A DNA stretch of 64,000 bases from Macrostomum hystrix (taxonomy: Eukaryota > Animalia > Platyhelminthes). The translations under genes and the position numbers were made by a program. Below, piece after piece: positions 27,511 through 42,500 of this stretch (the first letter of the stretch is position 1; every line of letters starts with the position of its first letter). Location of the stretch: contig CATNEN010000003.1 in assembly GCA_950097015.1 (NCBI GenBank), positions 2,480,001 to 2,544,000 of the forward strand. Direction: 5' to 3'. The notes under the pieces are model-generated. The model was not told where the DNA came from, searched no databases, and saw only the letters and a list, made by a program, of their open reading frames with translations.

Positions 27511-30500
27511 CTATGGCGACACTAGACCCGCGGCCAGCGAGGAGGCAATTCTGACTATTTCGCTGACTCCTGAGCACACACGCACAGATACAGATCGTGA
27601 GCACACTCTCACCCCAGAAATAATCTATTGTACTCATTTTAGGTTAAAATGGCATTGAGACAAATACTGACGAGTTACTTTGCTTACTTCTGTTTAGATA
27701 AAATTAGTAGCTTTCCTTCTACAGTTGCACAATTATCAGTTGCAGAAACACAGAAGCAAACATGTTCTAGCTGCTCACAGTGCAGTTACCGACTCAGGTA
27801 AAAGCAGATCTTTTAGTTGCTGGAACAGTTTGGGTTCAGAATTACCATTAGAAATTTGTTTAGCTATAAAATTCATTTTCCTCTAGTTCACTCTCTAATC
27901 AATTATATAGTTCACTCTCTAATCAATTATATAGTTCACTCTCTAACCAATTATATAGTTCACTCTCTAATCAATTATGTAGTTCACTCTCTAATCAATT
28001 ATATAGTTCACTCTCTAATCAATTATATAGTTCACTCTCTAATCAATTATATAGTTCACTCTCTAATCAATTATATAGTTCACTCTCTAATCAATTATAT
28101 ATTTCAGTCTCTAATCAATTATATAGTTCACTCTCTAATCAATTATATAGTTCACTCTCTAATCAATTATATAGTTCACTCTCTAATCAATTATATAGTT
28201 CAGTCTCTAATCAATTATATATTTCACTCTTTAATCAATTATATAGTTCACTCTCTAATCAATTATATAGTTCACTCTCTAATCAATTATATAGTTCACT
28301 CTCTAATCAATTATATAGTTCACTCTCTAATCAATTATATATTTCACTCTTTAATCAATTATATAGTTCACTCTCTAATCAATTATATAGTTCACTCTCT
28401 AATCAATTATATAGTTCACTCTCTAATCAATTATATAGTTCACTCTCTAATCAATTATATAGTTCAGTCTCTAATCAATTATATAGTTCACTCTCTAATC
28501 AATTATATAGTTCACTCTCTAATCAATTATATATTTCACTCTTTAATCAATTATATAGTTCACTCTCTAATCAATTATATAGTTCACTCTCTAATCAATT
28601 ATATAGTTCACTCTCTAATCAATTATATAGTTCACTCTCTAATCAATTATATATTTCAGTCTCTAATCAATTATATAGTTCACTCTCTAATCAATTATAT
28701 AGTTCACTCTCTAATCAATTATATAGTTCACTCTCTAATCAATTATATAGTTCACTCTTTAATCAATTATATATTTCACTCTCTAATCAATTATATAGTT
28801 CAGTCTCTAATCAATTATATATTTCACTCTCTAATCAATTATATAGTTCACTCTCTAATCAATTATATATTTCACTCTTTAATCAATTATATAGTTCACT
28901 CTCTAATCAATTATATAGTTCACTCTCTAATCAATTATATAGTTCACTCTCTAATCAATTATATATTTCACTCTCTAATCAATTATATAGTTCACTCTCT
29001 AATCAATTATATATTTCACTCTTTAATCAATTATATAGTTCACTCTCTAATCAATTATATAGTTCACTCTCTAATCAATTATATAGTTCACTCTCTAATC
29101 AATTATATATTTCACTCTCTAATCAATTATATAGTTCACTCTCTAATCAATTATATATTTCACTCTTTAATCAATTATATAGTTCACTCTCTAATCAATT
29201 ATATAGTTCACTCTCTAATCAATTATATAGTTCACTCTCTAATCAATTATATAGTTCACTCTCTAATCAATTATATAGTTCACTCTCTAATCAATTATAT
29301 AGTTCACTCTCTAATCAATTATATAGTTCACTCTCTAATCAATTATATAGTTCACTCTCTAATCAATTATATAGTTCACTCTCTAATCAATTATATAGTT
29401 CACTCTCTAATCAATTATATAGTTCACTCTCTAATCAATTATATATTTCACTCTTAATCAATTATATAGTTCACTCTCTAATCAATTATATAGTTCACTC
29501 TCTAATCAATTATATAGTTCAGCTCTCTAATCAATTATATAGTTCACTCTCTAATCAATTATATAGTTCACTCTCTAATCAATTATATATTTCACTCTTT
29601 AATCAATTATATAGTTCACTCTCTAATCAATTATATAGTTCACTCTCTAATCAATTATATATTTCACTCTTTAATCAATTATATAGTTCACTCTCTAATC
29701 AATTATATAGTTCACTCTCTAATCAATTATATAGTTCAGTCTCTAATCAATTATATAGTTCACTCTCTAATCAATTATATAGTTCACTCTCTAATCAATT
29801 ATATATTTCACTCTTTAATCAATTATATAGTTCACTCTTTAATCAATTATATATTTCACTCTCTAATCAATTATATAGTTCACTCTCTAATCAATTATAT
29901 AGTTCACTCTCTAATCAATTATATAGTTCACTCTCTAATCAATTATATATTTCACTCTCTAATCAATTATATAGTTCACTCTTTAATCAATTATATATTT
30001 CACTCTCTAATCAATTATATAGTTCACTCTCTAATCAATTATATAGTTCACTCTCTAATCAATTATATATTTCACTCTCTAATCAATTATATAGTTCACT
30101 CTCTAATCAATTATATAGTTCAGTCTTTAATCAATTATATAGTTCACTCTCTAATCAATTATATAGTTCACTCTCTAATCAATTATATAGTTCACTCTCT
30201 AATCAATTATATAGTTCACTCTCTAATCAATTATATATTTCACTCTCTAATCAATTATATAGTTCACTCTCTAATCAATTATATAGTTCACTCTCTAATC
30301 AATTATATAGTTCAGTCTCTAATCAATTATATAGTTCACTCTCTAATCAATTATATAGTTCACTCTCTAATCAATTATATAGTTCACTCTCTAATCAATT
30401 ATATATTTCACTCTCTAATCAATTATATAGTTCACTCTCTAATCAATTATATAGTTCACTCTCTAATCAATTATATAGTTCACTCTCTAATCAATTATAT

Positions 30501-33500
30501 AGTTCACTCTTTAATCAATTATATAGTTCACTCTTTAATCAATTATATAGTTCACTCTCTAATCAATTATATAGTTCACTCTTTAATCAATTATATAGTT
30601 CACTCTCTAATCAATTATATAGTTCACTCTCTAATCAATTATATAGTTCACTCTCTAATCAATTATATAGTTCACTCTTTAATCAATTATATAGTTCACT
30701 CTCTAATCAATTATATATTTCACTCTCTAATCAATTATATAGTTCACTCTCTAATCAATTATATAGTTCACTCTTTAATCAATTATATAGTTCACTCTTT
30801 AATCAATTATATAGTTCACTCTTTAATCAATTATATAGTTCACTCTCTAATCAATTATATAGTTCACTCTCTAATCAATTATATAGTTCACTCTCTAATC
30901 AATTATATAGTTCACTCTCTAATCAATTATATAGTTCACTCTCTAATCTACAATGTCAATATAGTTCACTCTCTAGTCTACAATGTTAATACAGTTCACT
31001 CTCTAGTCTACAATGTCAATATAGTTCACTCTCTAGTCTACAATGTCAATATAGTTCACTCTCTAGTCTACAATGTCAATATAGTTCACTCTCTAATCTA
31101 CAATGCCAATATATTTCACTCTCCAATCTAGATAATAGCCCAGCAACTCACTTTGGTAAAGCGGTCGGTCGCCTGGAACGCGTGCCCACTGGGTGACAAT
31201 TGAAATCCGCTGGTTGTCGGCTTAACGCGAACCGCTGGCACGGAGTTGGTAGCGTTGTCGCCGTCTTCAAATAGGCGATACTCTCGCGCAATTGAATTTT
31301 GATCTGAAGTTTTAGATTTTATTATAAACGAAACTGAACGGCAAAGCCGCGGGAATTCCGCGGTTTTTCCTTTTAAATATCGATTTAAACAATTTTGTTT
31401 TAAATTCTATGGCAAATCTACTGACCAATTCCACCGAGCTCCAATAGACGATAATTAGTAAGGAACAGTTTGTTCTCATCAATAGCCAGTGGCTTTTCAT
31501 TCTGATGACACTTTCCGAGTTTTTGAAGCAGCTCAGACGCGTAAGTCTCATCTAACAATCGATTTGTGCCGTCTGCAAAGTCTTCGTTATTAACAGCTGA
31601 CGCAGGAGAATCGGACGCCGCAGCCGACATCCAAGCCGATAGCGGCATCGGTTGAGACACTCTACGCCCAACTGGATATGAGAACAGAGAAATGTATTGA
31701 GACTTGGATCATGAAGCTAAAAATTATTCATGAATCAAAGCACAAAGCCAGTACAAAAATTGCAACCAAATGTAGAAAGACAAGCCAAAAAACTACAATG
31801 TTTAGCCTCTAAAAGTACAAATACCAGTTGCTAAAGGTACAAGCACTAGACCACTAAATTACAAACACCGGCCTATTAAAGTACAAACCCTAGGCCATAA
31901 AAAATTAGAAAGACTAGCTAGTAAAAGTACAAAGATTAGCCAACTAATGCGCAAAACCTGGCAAACAAAACTACCATTTTAGCCCCGAAAAAGTACAAAC
32001 ACCAATCGAGAAAAGTACAAGCAGTAGCCCACTAAAAGTACAAAAACTAGCCGGCGCTTAAAAGTAAAAAGTACAAACACTAGGCCTTAATAGTACAAAC
32101 GCTAGCTTCTAGAAGTACAAACTCTGGGCAATGAGAACAATGAGGCGGCACTCACAGCAAGGTCCAAGCAAGCAGCCAAGCGGCAAGGTGACGGCCATGA
32201 CGGGCCGGTGTCTGATCATTCGCCAGGCTTCGTGCTTAGCCCAACGCTGCGCCGCTGAGCCTCCGTCGCGGCCTGCAACATCAGCCGGATGGTCGTTAGC
32301 CAATGGCCAATTGATTACGTGCGCTTCGTCGGCTGGCACTGTAGCTTTCAACAGTCGCCAACCGGCGCCGCTATTGGTCAGGGGCAAATTTGCGGCGGTA
32401 AATCTTAAATTACGCAACAAGCTAAGCCGATCAATGCGTATGGGGCGAGACGGCGCCTCACTGGGCGGCATTAGAGTGGACATCAGGCGGCTGACAAACA
32501 CGGAATCGTAGACTAGGTCCAGACGACCAAGGCTGAGCGATAGTTGGCGAAAATGCAACGGCAGCGGCTGTGGCTGCCTAGGGTGGAGAGAGATGAAGTT
32601 GGAGACAATTCAAGCTTTGCAGAATATGAGAGAGAGATTGGTAGAACAGGGAAATGGGTAGAAGAGGGAGAGGGGTAGGAAAAGTTGGAGAGGGGTAGGA
32701 AAAGTAGGAGAGGGGTGGGAAAAGTGAGAGAGGGGTAGGAAAAGTGGGAGAGGGTTAGAAGCGGCAGAGGCAGACAATATCCAAAGCTTATAACAATCAC
32801 ATCTGAACTGCAGATCCAGAGCCATTAGCTTGTGTCGCAGTAGCAGCGGCCAGTTTCAAGCTAATTTCGGCCCCAACAAGCCGGCCTTCGGCCAGAATGT
32901 CGGCAGTGGGTCGGGCGCGCAGCGATAAAGGCACGCTGAACAAACTGTCGGACACAGACTGGCAGGGTTGGTCCAACTGCAGCCGGCCTAGCTGCAGATT
33001 GAGCTCAATGTCACCGTCAGCATTTGACATTTCTAGTTGAGCGCTCAGGCCAAGCTGCCGGCGGCGATACAGTCGACGCAGTTTCGGTCGAATCATCGTC
33101 ATCCGGACGTTGTCCAATGAGGCATCAGTGTTGGAAACGTCGAAGCGAACTCGAATTAGGTCAGAATCCAACTCAGTGATGATCGCGGTCGATTTCATTA
33201 AGCCCTGCTGACTAGCTAGCCAACTTCGATGAAGTCTTTCAACGGCTGAGGCGACGTCACGTTTCAACAGGCGCAGTCGAGGACGCCTGCCTGTCTCGTC
33301 AGTTGTTTCAGTTGCCGACGATTTCAACCAGACGGGGCCGACACATTCAAAACCGAGGTTGGCGACGTACGGACAGGCGGCTTGTCGGCAGCGTTGGCAC
33401 GAGGCCTCGTCGCCTACGGATGATCGCAATAACAGGCAGAAACTGTGCAATTCGACGCGCAATCTCCGGGTTCCGCTTCCGGCTCCGTTTCCGGGACCAC

Positions 33501-36500
33501 TTCCGTTTGCGGCTCCGTTTCCGGGACCACTTCCGGCTCCGTTTCCAAGACCTGTACCGGCTTGACGAAGTTCGTCGACAAGCTGAAGGACAGCGTTGGC
33601 GCCAGCTGGAGAAACAGTGAGACAGAGTCTGTGCAGAGGACAGGCTAAAGCTAGATTGGCCGACGAAAAACCAGTCGACCAATCAGCTGAGAGCGTCAGC
33701 TGGGCGTTCTCTGATTGGACAGCGGCTTCTAAAGAATCGGCTAAATCGCTTAGCGTCGGATTCTCCAGGACTAGAAGCGGTTCGTGCCGCCTGTTACCAA
33801 GGGAGACACTCGCATTTGGATTGGTCATTGCAAGTCGACACGACATCTGGTTTGTTATAAATGAGAGAAAGAAAATGTCTAATTAATTTAACTAAACTTA
33901 TTAACTTTTGGGTCAAGATCCCTATTCACTTTTGGGTCAAGATCCCAATATCCAATTTTGGGTCAAGATCCCAAAATTCAATTTTGGGTCAAGATCCCAA
34001 TATCCAATTTTGGGTCAAGATCCCAATATTCAACTTTTGGTCAAGATCCCAATATTCAATTTTGGGTCAAGATCCCTATTCACTTCTGGGTCAAGATCCC
34101 AATTCAATTTTGGGTCAAGATCGCAATTCACTTTAGGGTCAAGATCCCTATTCACTTCTGGGTGAAGATCCCTATTCACTTTAGGGTCAAGATCCCTATT
34201 CACTTCTGGGTGAAGATCCCTATTCACTTTTGGGTCAAGATCCCAATTCACTTTAGGGTCAAGATCCCTATTCACTTCTGGGTGAAGATCCCTATACACT
34301 TTTGAGTCAAGATCCCAATATCTAATTTTGGGTCAAGATCCCCAATATTCAATTTTGGGTCAAAATCCCTATATCCAATTTTGGGTCAAGATCCCTCCCA
34401 ATATCTAAATTTGGGTCAAGATCCCAATATCTAACTTAGAGTCAAAATCCCTATATCTAATTTTGGGTCAAGATCCCAATATCCAATTTTGGGTCAAGAT
34501 CCCAATATTCAATTTTGGGTCAAGATCCCAATATCCAATTTTGGGTCAAGATCCCAATATTCAATTTTTGGTCAAGATCCCAATATTCAATTTTGGGTCA
34601 AGATCCCTATTCACTTCTGGGTCAAGATCCCTATTCAATTTTGGGTCAAGATCGCAATTCACTTTAGGGTCAAGATCCCTATTCACTTCTGGGTGAAGAT
34701 CCCTATTCACTTTAGGGTCAAGATCCCTATTCACTTCTGGGTGAAGATCCCTATTCACTTTTGGGTCAAGATCCCAATTCACTTTAGGGTCAAGATCCCT
34801 ATTCACTTCTGGGTGAAGATCCCTATACACTTTTGAGTCAAGATCCCTATATCCAATTTTAGGTCAAGATCCCAATATCTAATTTTGGGTCAAGATCCCC
34901 AATATTCAATTTTGGGTCAAAATCCCTATATCCAATTTTGGGTCAAGATCCCTCCCAATATCTAAATTTGGGTCAAGATCCCAATATCTAACTTAGAGTC
35001 AAAATCCCTATATCTAATTTTGGGTCAAGATCCCAATATCCAATTTTGGGTCAAGATCCCAATATTCAATTTTGGGTCAAGATCCCAATATCCAATTTTG
35101 GGTCAAGATCCCAATATTCAATTTTGGGTCAAGATCCCTATCCACTTTTGAGATAAAAATCAAAATAAAACTTTTAGGTCGACTTCCTAATACCAAGTTA
35201 GGTCATTCTAAGCATTTCAACTTATCAATGGTTAACTCACCGAATTAAACTGAACGGTCAATTTGTCAGCGCTGCAAACAAGTAAACTGGCTTCCGATGA
35301 GCCAATCATTGCCAACCGAAATTTGCTGCTGGTGAGTGACATGCCAGAGAGCTGAAGTTTCAATTAAATCGAAGTGGTGGATCTATTTTTAGCATTGAAT
35401 TTTCATCAAGTCACGTGATATTCGCAATAATTATTAGGATGCATGCGCGCAAAGTGCTACTTGTAGTAAAAATATTAAAAATAACGCGCAAACATGTCAA
35501 CTGGTAGGGAAAAATGTCAAGTTAGTGCGAAGATGCAACAACAAAAATAATAGAAAAATCCGACATGCAACCAAAAATGTATCTGGTAGAGCAAGATAGT
35601 ATTTTATGCTAAGTACACACATAAATAAGAGTGTAAGATCATCATATTTATGCCATTCCGCGCACATTGTTAAGGAGAAAATACAACAAATATTAATTAT
35701 GCTAATCAAAGCAGTATTCAATTATTTAAACGTAAAACACTTTTTACAATTTCTAGATCGTATTTTTCACCAAAATTTACCGAATAATTAGTTGAAGATT
35801 CCACAGCAGTGGCTGTACCAGCGGCGCCTTTGAAGTTTTGACAAAATTTTACAAATTACAAGCAAAGCAATAAATTATAATTACTAGCAGTGTCGTAGAT
35901 TAAGTATAACAAATTTTCTAAGTTTAAATTACCGTACAAAAATTTATGAATAATCCTTTGTGCCAATTTTTTATAACAAAAGTACAAGCACTAGCCATTA
36001 GGTGAAGCTTATGAAATCGTACGTAGAAAATTTCATACGAACGACACGAAAACCACTAGTTTATAATTTCTCTTATTTAGGATTCAGTTTTAAGTGACTT
36101 TTAGCTTCGGAATTCTGACCGAGGGATTATGATTTTTTTGGGATCATTGCATTAGGATCAGGATTTTTTATGGGATCACAATATTAGGGATTTTAATTTT
36201 AATGGGATTAAAAAATTAGGCATTAGGATTTTGATTAGATCCTAACAAAAGGGATTAAGATTTTAATTAGATTCCGACAAAAGGGATTAGGATTTTGATT
36301 AGATCCCAACTAAAGGGATTAGGCTTTTAATTAGATCCCAGCAAAAGGGATTAGGATTTTAATTAGATCACTACAAAAGGGATTAGGATTTTAATTAGAT
36401 CACTACAAAAGGGATTAGGATTTTAATTAGATCACTACAAAAGGGATTAGGATTTAAAATAAAATCCCAACTAAAGGGATTAGGATTTTAATTAAATCCC

Positions 36501-39500
36501 AGCAAAAGGGATTAGGATTTTAATTAGATTCCAACAAAAGGGATTAGGATTTTAATTAGATTCCAACAAAAGGGATTAGGATTTTAATTAGATCCCAACT
36601 AAAGGGATTAGGATTTTAATTAGATCCCAACAAAAAGCATTGGGATTTTAATTAGATCAACACAAAAGTGATTAGGATTTCAATTAGATCACTACAAAAT
36701 GGATTAGGATTTTAATTTGATCAATACAAAAGGGATTAGGATTTTAATTAGATCCCACCAAAAGGGATTGGCATTTAATGGGATTAGAACATTTTACATT
36801 CAGATTCTAATGAAACTACAGCATTTTGGATTTGAATTTATTTTTTTCCACTAATAACTACGTGCTTAAAGCAAAATTGTAATAATTAAAATCGAAAGAA
36901 ATTGATCAAGTAAGAGCTAATAACATATGTCTAAGTGGTAACAAAATAAACAACAATGTGAACTATATGGTGTTAACCAAAACGAAAGCACTAGACAAGA
37001 AGCATAAAATAAGCTATGTGCAGACAAACAGTAAAAAGACAATAAAAAGTGCAACAACTAATCAAATTGCCGAGTAAACTCACTTTTAATTTCCAAATAT
37101 GACGTTAGCAACGGTTGCCAAGCGTTGCTAATAGCAACGGCGCCAGCCAAAGCCGACGCATTAAGACTAACTCCCAGGTGAGATTCGAAGCTTAACGCAG
37201 ACGATGGCAGCGACAAGCGAATGCCGTCGGATCGAAGCACCTGTGGAAAATAGAAACAAAAAATCGCATAGCACTACTAAGCAAAATACTAAAGTAGCGC
37301 AGTAAGGATCAATCGCTCAAAAATGTTTTAAACAAAAATGTAAAAATTGGCTTACCTCAAACGTCTTGTTTGGCGCAGTACTTTTATTGTCGAAATATGT
37401 CAACATCAGATTTGAAATCTCGGCTTCACTGAACGAGCCGCTGAAGTCACGAATATTGAGTAGAAAACTACTACTAACATTGTTTACATTATGGTTGCTA
37501 TGACAACGAGCTCGTTGGCTTTGTCTCGGCTTTTCATAAACTCGCAACTTTAAACTGGACAGAACTGCACTTAGCGGTATGGAAGGCGAAGTATGACGCC
37601 GTTCTGAAGAAAAAAACAAAGTTATGAGCATTTTCGCTACTTAAAGTAGTGTAGAAAGATTTGAATAAAATTCGTGTGCACGTAGGCCCTACCATGATTT
37701 ATTATATTTTGCTGATTTTTCGAAGCTTCTTGCTTTTGGGTAGCAACCGTTGCTACATAGTCAGCCAGCAGTGGTAGTTCGTCTGGCCACAAGCTTAACT
37801 CAGAAGAAGCTAGATTAATAGTCAGCGAGCGGGGCTGACACCGGATTAGTAGTAGATCCCCGGGCTGAGAGCCGGAGATCGATTCTACACTTGAGCTTCG
37901 TTTGAAAATGCTGCGAAATTTTTTTAAAAGGAGTGTGGTTCATGTTGAAAGGATGGGTGTTGATTGGCTAGGAGTGAATGTACATTCATGGGGTAGGCGA
38001 TGATTGCCTAGGAGTGAATGTACATTCATGGGGTGGGTGTCGATTAGCTAAGTGTGAAATGTACATTTTATGGGGTGGGTGTCGATTATCTAAGTGTGAA
38101 ATGTACATTTTATGGGGTGGGTGTCGATTAGCTAAGTGTGAAATGTACATTTATGGGGTGGGTGTCGATTTGTTAGAGTGAGCGTACATTGATGGGGTGG
38201 GTGTCGATTGGCTAGGTGTCAATGTACATTCATTGGGTGGGTGTCAATTTGTTGGGAGTGAGCGTACATTCATGGGGTCCATCTCACCTCCATTTTGAAC
38301 TTTCATCAGTCTCGTCCTCGCCATTGCCTTCCACGGCGTCGATGGATGCGCCGGCCAAGCGCAGCTGCCAGACTGCCGCAGGTCGCTGTCCACGCAACGC
38401 GAAACCGATGGCGCAGCCTCGCACAGCCAGGTCGTAGGCCCATCCAACGTTGACGCCAGCTGGTCCATCGACAGTGTCGCCCATGGCCAAAACTTCAACT
38501 GGTTGGCTCAGCACGCTAGCAAGAGAAGACAAAGATTTCAGATCGGATCGGAGAGCGCGAAGCTTGAAGCCCGGCGTTTCCATGGCAACAGCCAGCCAGG
38601 CCTGCTGCCCGACGTCGCCTTCGACGACATTGCCTTCGTCATTAGACGAACAGCGTCGACGAGCCAGATGGGCCGTCAGCATCGGCTGCAGACTGGCGCT
38701 TTCTCCTTCCAGACGAAAAACTCGTGGAAAATTCGCTGGTTTGGCGTCCCCATTGACTCCAGCCGTCTGTGCGACAATCAGGTCGCCAGTTCGGCTACCC
38801 GAAACCAGGCGACAGACGGACGCCGACAGACCTTCGAGACGCAGCTTCAAATGATCGGCCGGCGAAGTCGACGTCGAAGACGATGAAATTAAGTCGGCGA
38901 ATTGTTGACGATTTCGAATGAACTCGTTAAAGTCGATACGAGCTTCGGCTATTTGATCATCTGAGTCAGAGCCGCTACACAGAGTGAGCATGCCCAGGTC
39001 GATGCAGATTGCTGTATCGCCGCAGCCACCGGCCACAGGTAGAATTAAACGGGGTGCCATGATTTCTGCTGCAGCTCGGATCCCATCGGCTTGGCGTAGC
39101 TGCAATGGGATTTCATTTTACACACATGGGATTTAACAAATTTGAAATCGCCATATATCCTAGGGGGGAGATATAGTGTTGTCTTTCTACCCTTAATAAT
39201 ACACTCACTTCAGTCTGGGCAGATTCTAGAACATGGCCAGCTTGCCAATTGAGACGTGTCTGCAGCTGAATTAGAGGTTCCTGAATTGATTTGCCGAATG
39301 CCTGAAATTAATTTTAGTATCAAATTACTTGATTGCTTCATTATTTTATTAGATCTTGATGACTTTATTTTGGTAGGTAATCTAATGGTCATTGAGCTTG
39401 ACGACTTTATTTAGGTAGGTAATCTAATGGTCATTGAGCTTGATGACTTTATTTTGGTAGGTAATCTAATGGTCATAGATCTTGATGACTTTATTTTGGT

Positions 39501-42500
39501 AGGTAATCTAATGGTCATTGAGCTTGATGACTTTATTTATGTAGGTAATCTAATGGTCATAGATCTTGATGACTTTATTTTGGTAGGTAATCTAATGGTC
39601 ATAGAGCTTGATGACTTTATTTAGGTAGGTAATGTAACGGTCATAGAGCTTGATGATTTTATTCAGGTAGGCAATGTAACGGTCATAGATCTTGATGACT
39701 TTATTTAGGTAGGTAATCTAATGGTCATAGATCTTGATGACTTTATTTTGGTAGGTAATCTAATGGTCATAGATCTTGATGACTTTATTTTGGTAGGTAA
39801 TCTAATGGTCATAGATCTTGATGACTTTATTTTGGTAGGTAATCTAATGGTCATTGAGCTTGATGACTTTATTTTAGTAGGTAATCTAATGGTCATAGAT
39901 CTTGATGACTTTATTTTGGTAGGTAATCTAATGGTCATAAATCTTGATGACTTTATTTTGGTAGGTAATCTAATGGTCATTGAGCTTGATGACTTTATTT
40001 AGGTAGGTAATCTAATGGTCATAGATCTTGATGACTTTATTTAGGTAGGTAATCTAATGGTCATAGATCTTGATGACTTTATTTAGGTAGGTAATCTAAT
40101 GGTCATAGATCTTGATGACTTTATTTAGGTAGGTAATCTAATGGTCATAGATCTTGATGACTTTATTTAGGTAGGTAATCTAATGGTCATAGATCTTGAT
40201 GACTTTATTTAGGTAGGTAATCTAATGGTCATAGATCTTGATGACTTTATTTAGGTAGGTAATCTAATGGTCATAGATCTTGATGACTTTATTTAGGTAG
40301 GTAATCTAATGGTCATAGAGCTTGATGACTTTATTTAGGTAGGTAATGTAACGGTCATAGAGCTTGATGATTTTATTCAGGTAGGCAATGTAACGGTCAT
40401 AGATCTTGATGACTTTATTTAGGTAGGTAATCTAATGGTCATAGATCTTGATGACTTTATTTTGGTAGGTAATCTAATGGTCATAGATCTTGATGACTTT
40501 ATTTAGGTAGGTAATCTAATGGTCATAGATCTTGATGACTTTATTTAGGTAGGTAATCTAATGGTCATAGATCTTGATGACTTTATTTAGGTAGGTAATG
40601 TAACGGTCATAGAGCTTGATGATTTTATTCAGGTAGGCAATGTAACGGTCATAGAGCTTGATGATTTTATTCAGGTAGGCAATGAAACGGTCATAGAGCT
40701 TGATGATTTTATTCAGGCAGGTAATTATACGGTCATAGAGCTTGATGACTTTATTCAGGTAGGCAATGTAACGGTCATAATTTAGATAAGTAATCTAAGG
40801 TTGATAAGGTTCGTCAATTGATTAATGGTAAGAAATAAATATTCACCTTCAAGGCATCAAGCAGTTGCGGCAGCAGAACCAACTGCACCTTACACAGTCT
40901 GCAGTCAATATGCAATCTACTAGGAGGCCCGGGCCAGCTCACAATGCTCAAACTGGCCACAGCTTCATCTGGTAAGTCGGCAAGCAATGGCTTGGGATAC
41001 AACTGGCGTAGGCTAGGGTTGCCAAGGAAACTGGATTGGCCAGCGTCTACTTCCAAACCGGTGCAGGATAATTCTAATTGGCGTCGCAAACTATAGCCAG
41101 GTGTACTAGCGCCACTGTCGTAGCTGTTTGAAGCGGCGATGTCTAATTGAGTTAGGCGACAAGTGCAGATGCAGCGATCATCGCCGGAGGCTAAGTCTAG
41201 TCGGGCGTCATTAAGCCGGAGTTCTAGATTGGCGCTTGGTGGCTTGTAACTGACTGCCGCTGTTTGCTGGCGAGAGAATGAGAGAAAGCGACCCTATTAG
41301 CCTGAGAAAACCATACTGAGAAACCTGAAGAAAAAATACTGAAGTATTTGAGACAACCATACTAAAAAACTTGAGAAAACACCACTGAACCCGAAGAAAG
41401 GATTCTGAAGAACCTGAAGAAAGGATTCTGAAGAACCTGAAGAAAGGATTCGGAAGAACCTGAAGAAAGGATTCTGAAGAACCTGAAGAAAGGATTCTGA
41501 AGAACCTGAAGAAAGGATTCTGAAGAACCCGAAGAAAGGATTCTGAAGAACCTGAAGAAAGGATTCTGAAGAACCTGAAGAAAGGATTCTGAAGAACCTG
41601 AAGAAAGGATTCTGAAGAACCTGAAGAAAGGATTCTGAACAACCTGAAGAAAGGATTCTGAAGAACCTGAAGAAAGGATTCTGAAGAACCTGAAGAAACG
41701 ATACTGAACAACCTGAAGAAAGGATTCTGAAGAACCTGAAGAAAGGATTCTGAAGAACCTGAAGAAATGATACTGAACAACCTGAAGAAATGATACTGAA
41801 CAACCTGAAGAAACAATACTGAACAACCTGAAGAATCGATGCCGAACAACCTGAAGAAACGATACTGAACAACCTGAAGAAACGATACTGAACAACCTGA
41901 AGAAACGATACTAAACAACCTGAAGAAACGATACTGAACAACCTGAAGAAACGATACTGAACAACCTGAAGAACGATACTGAAGAACCTGAAGAAACAAT
42001 ACTGAACAACCTGAAGAAACGATACTGAACAACCTGAAGAAACGATACTGAACAACCTGAAGAAACGATACTGAACAACCTGAAGAAACGATACTGAACA
42101 ACCTGAAGAAACGATACTGAACAACCTGAAGACACGATACTGAACAACCTGAAGACACGATACTGAGAAACTCACTGAATATTTTGTCAATGGGTCTTGA
42201 TCCTGCAGCGTCGGTGTAGGCAGAGGCAATTGAGCAAGGCGACGGCACAAGTCTTCTACTAGTTCCAAGCAACCAACTAGGCTTTTGGGCTGAAGGCAGG
42301 CGCCGAGAGAATCCAATTGACCAACAGCTGACATTCGCTCAGGCGACAGTTGAACTAAGAGGCTGAGAAAATTGCACTCCTCCTCCGGTATTTTGTAGGG
42401 CACGCGTTTCAAAGGTCTCTTAAGTGGACGTTGCAAATTTTCACCGTCGCCAGAATCGGCGAATTCTATAGAATCCAATTGGCTATTGAGCAGGCGAAGG

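Noticed and set aside
27817-29457. 546-aa ORF and the other long repeat ORFs (1751, 4232, 11164, 41211, 42724, 46531, 47562)
   Set aside because: They arise from stop-free repeat units, are often open in several frames and strands, and many lie within introns bounded by good splice sites
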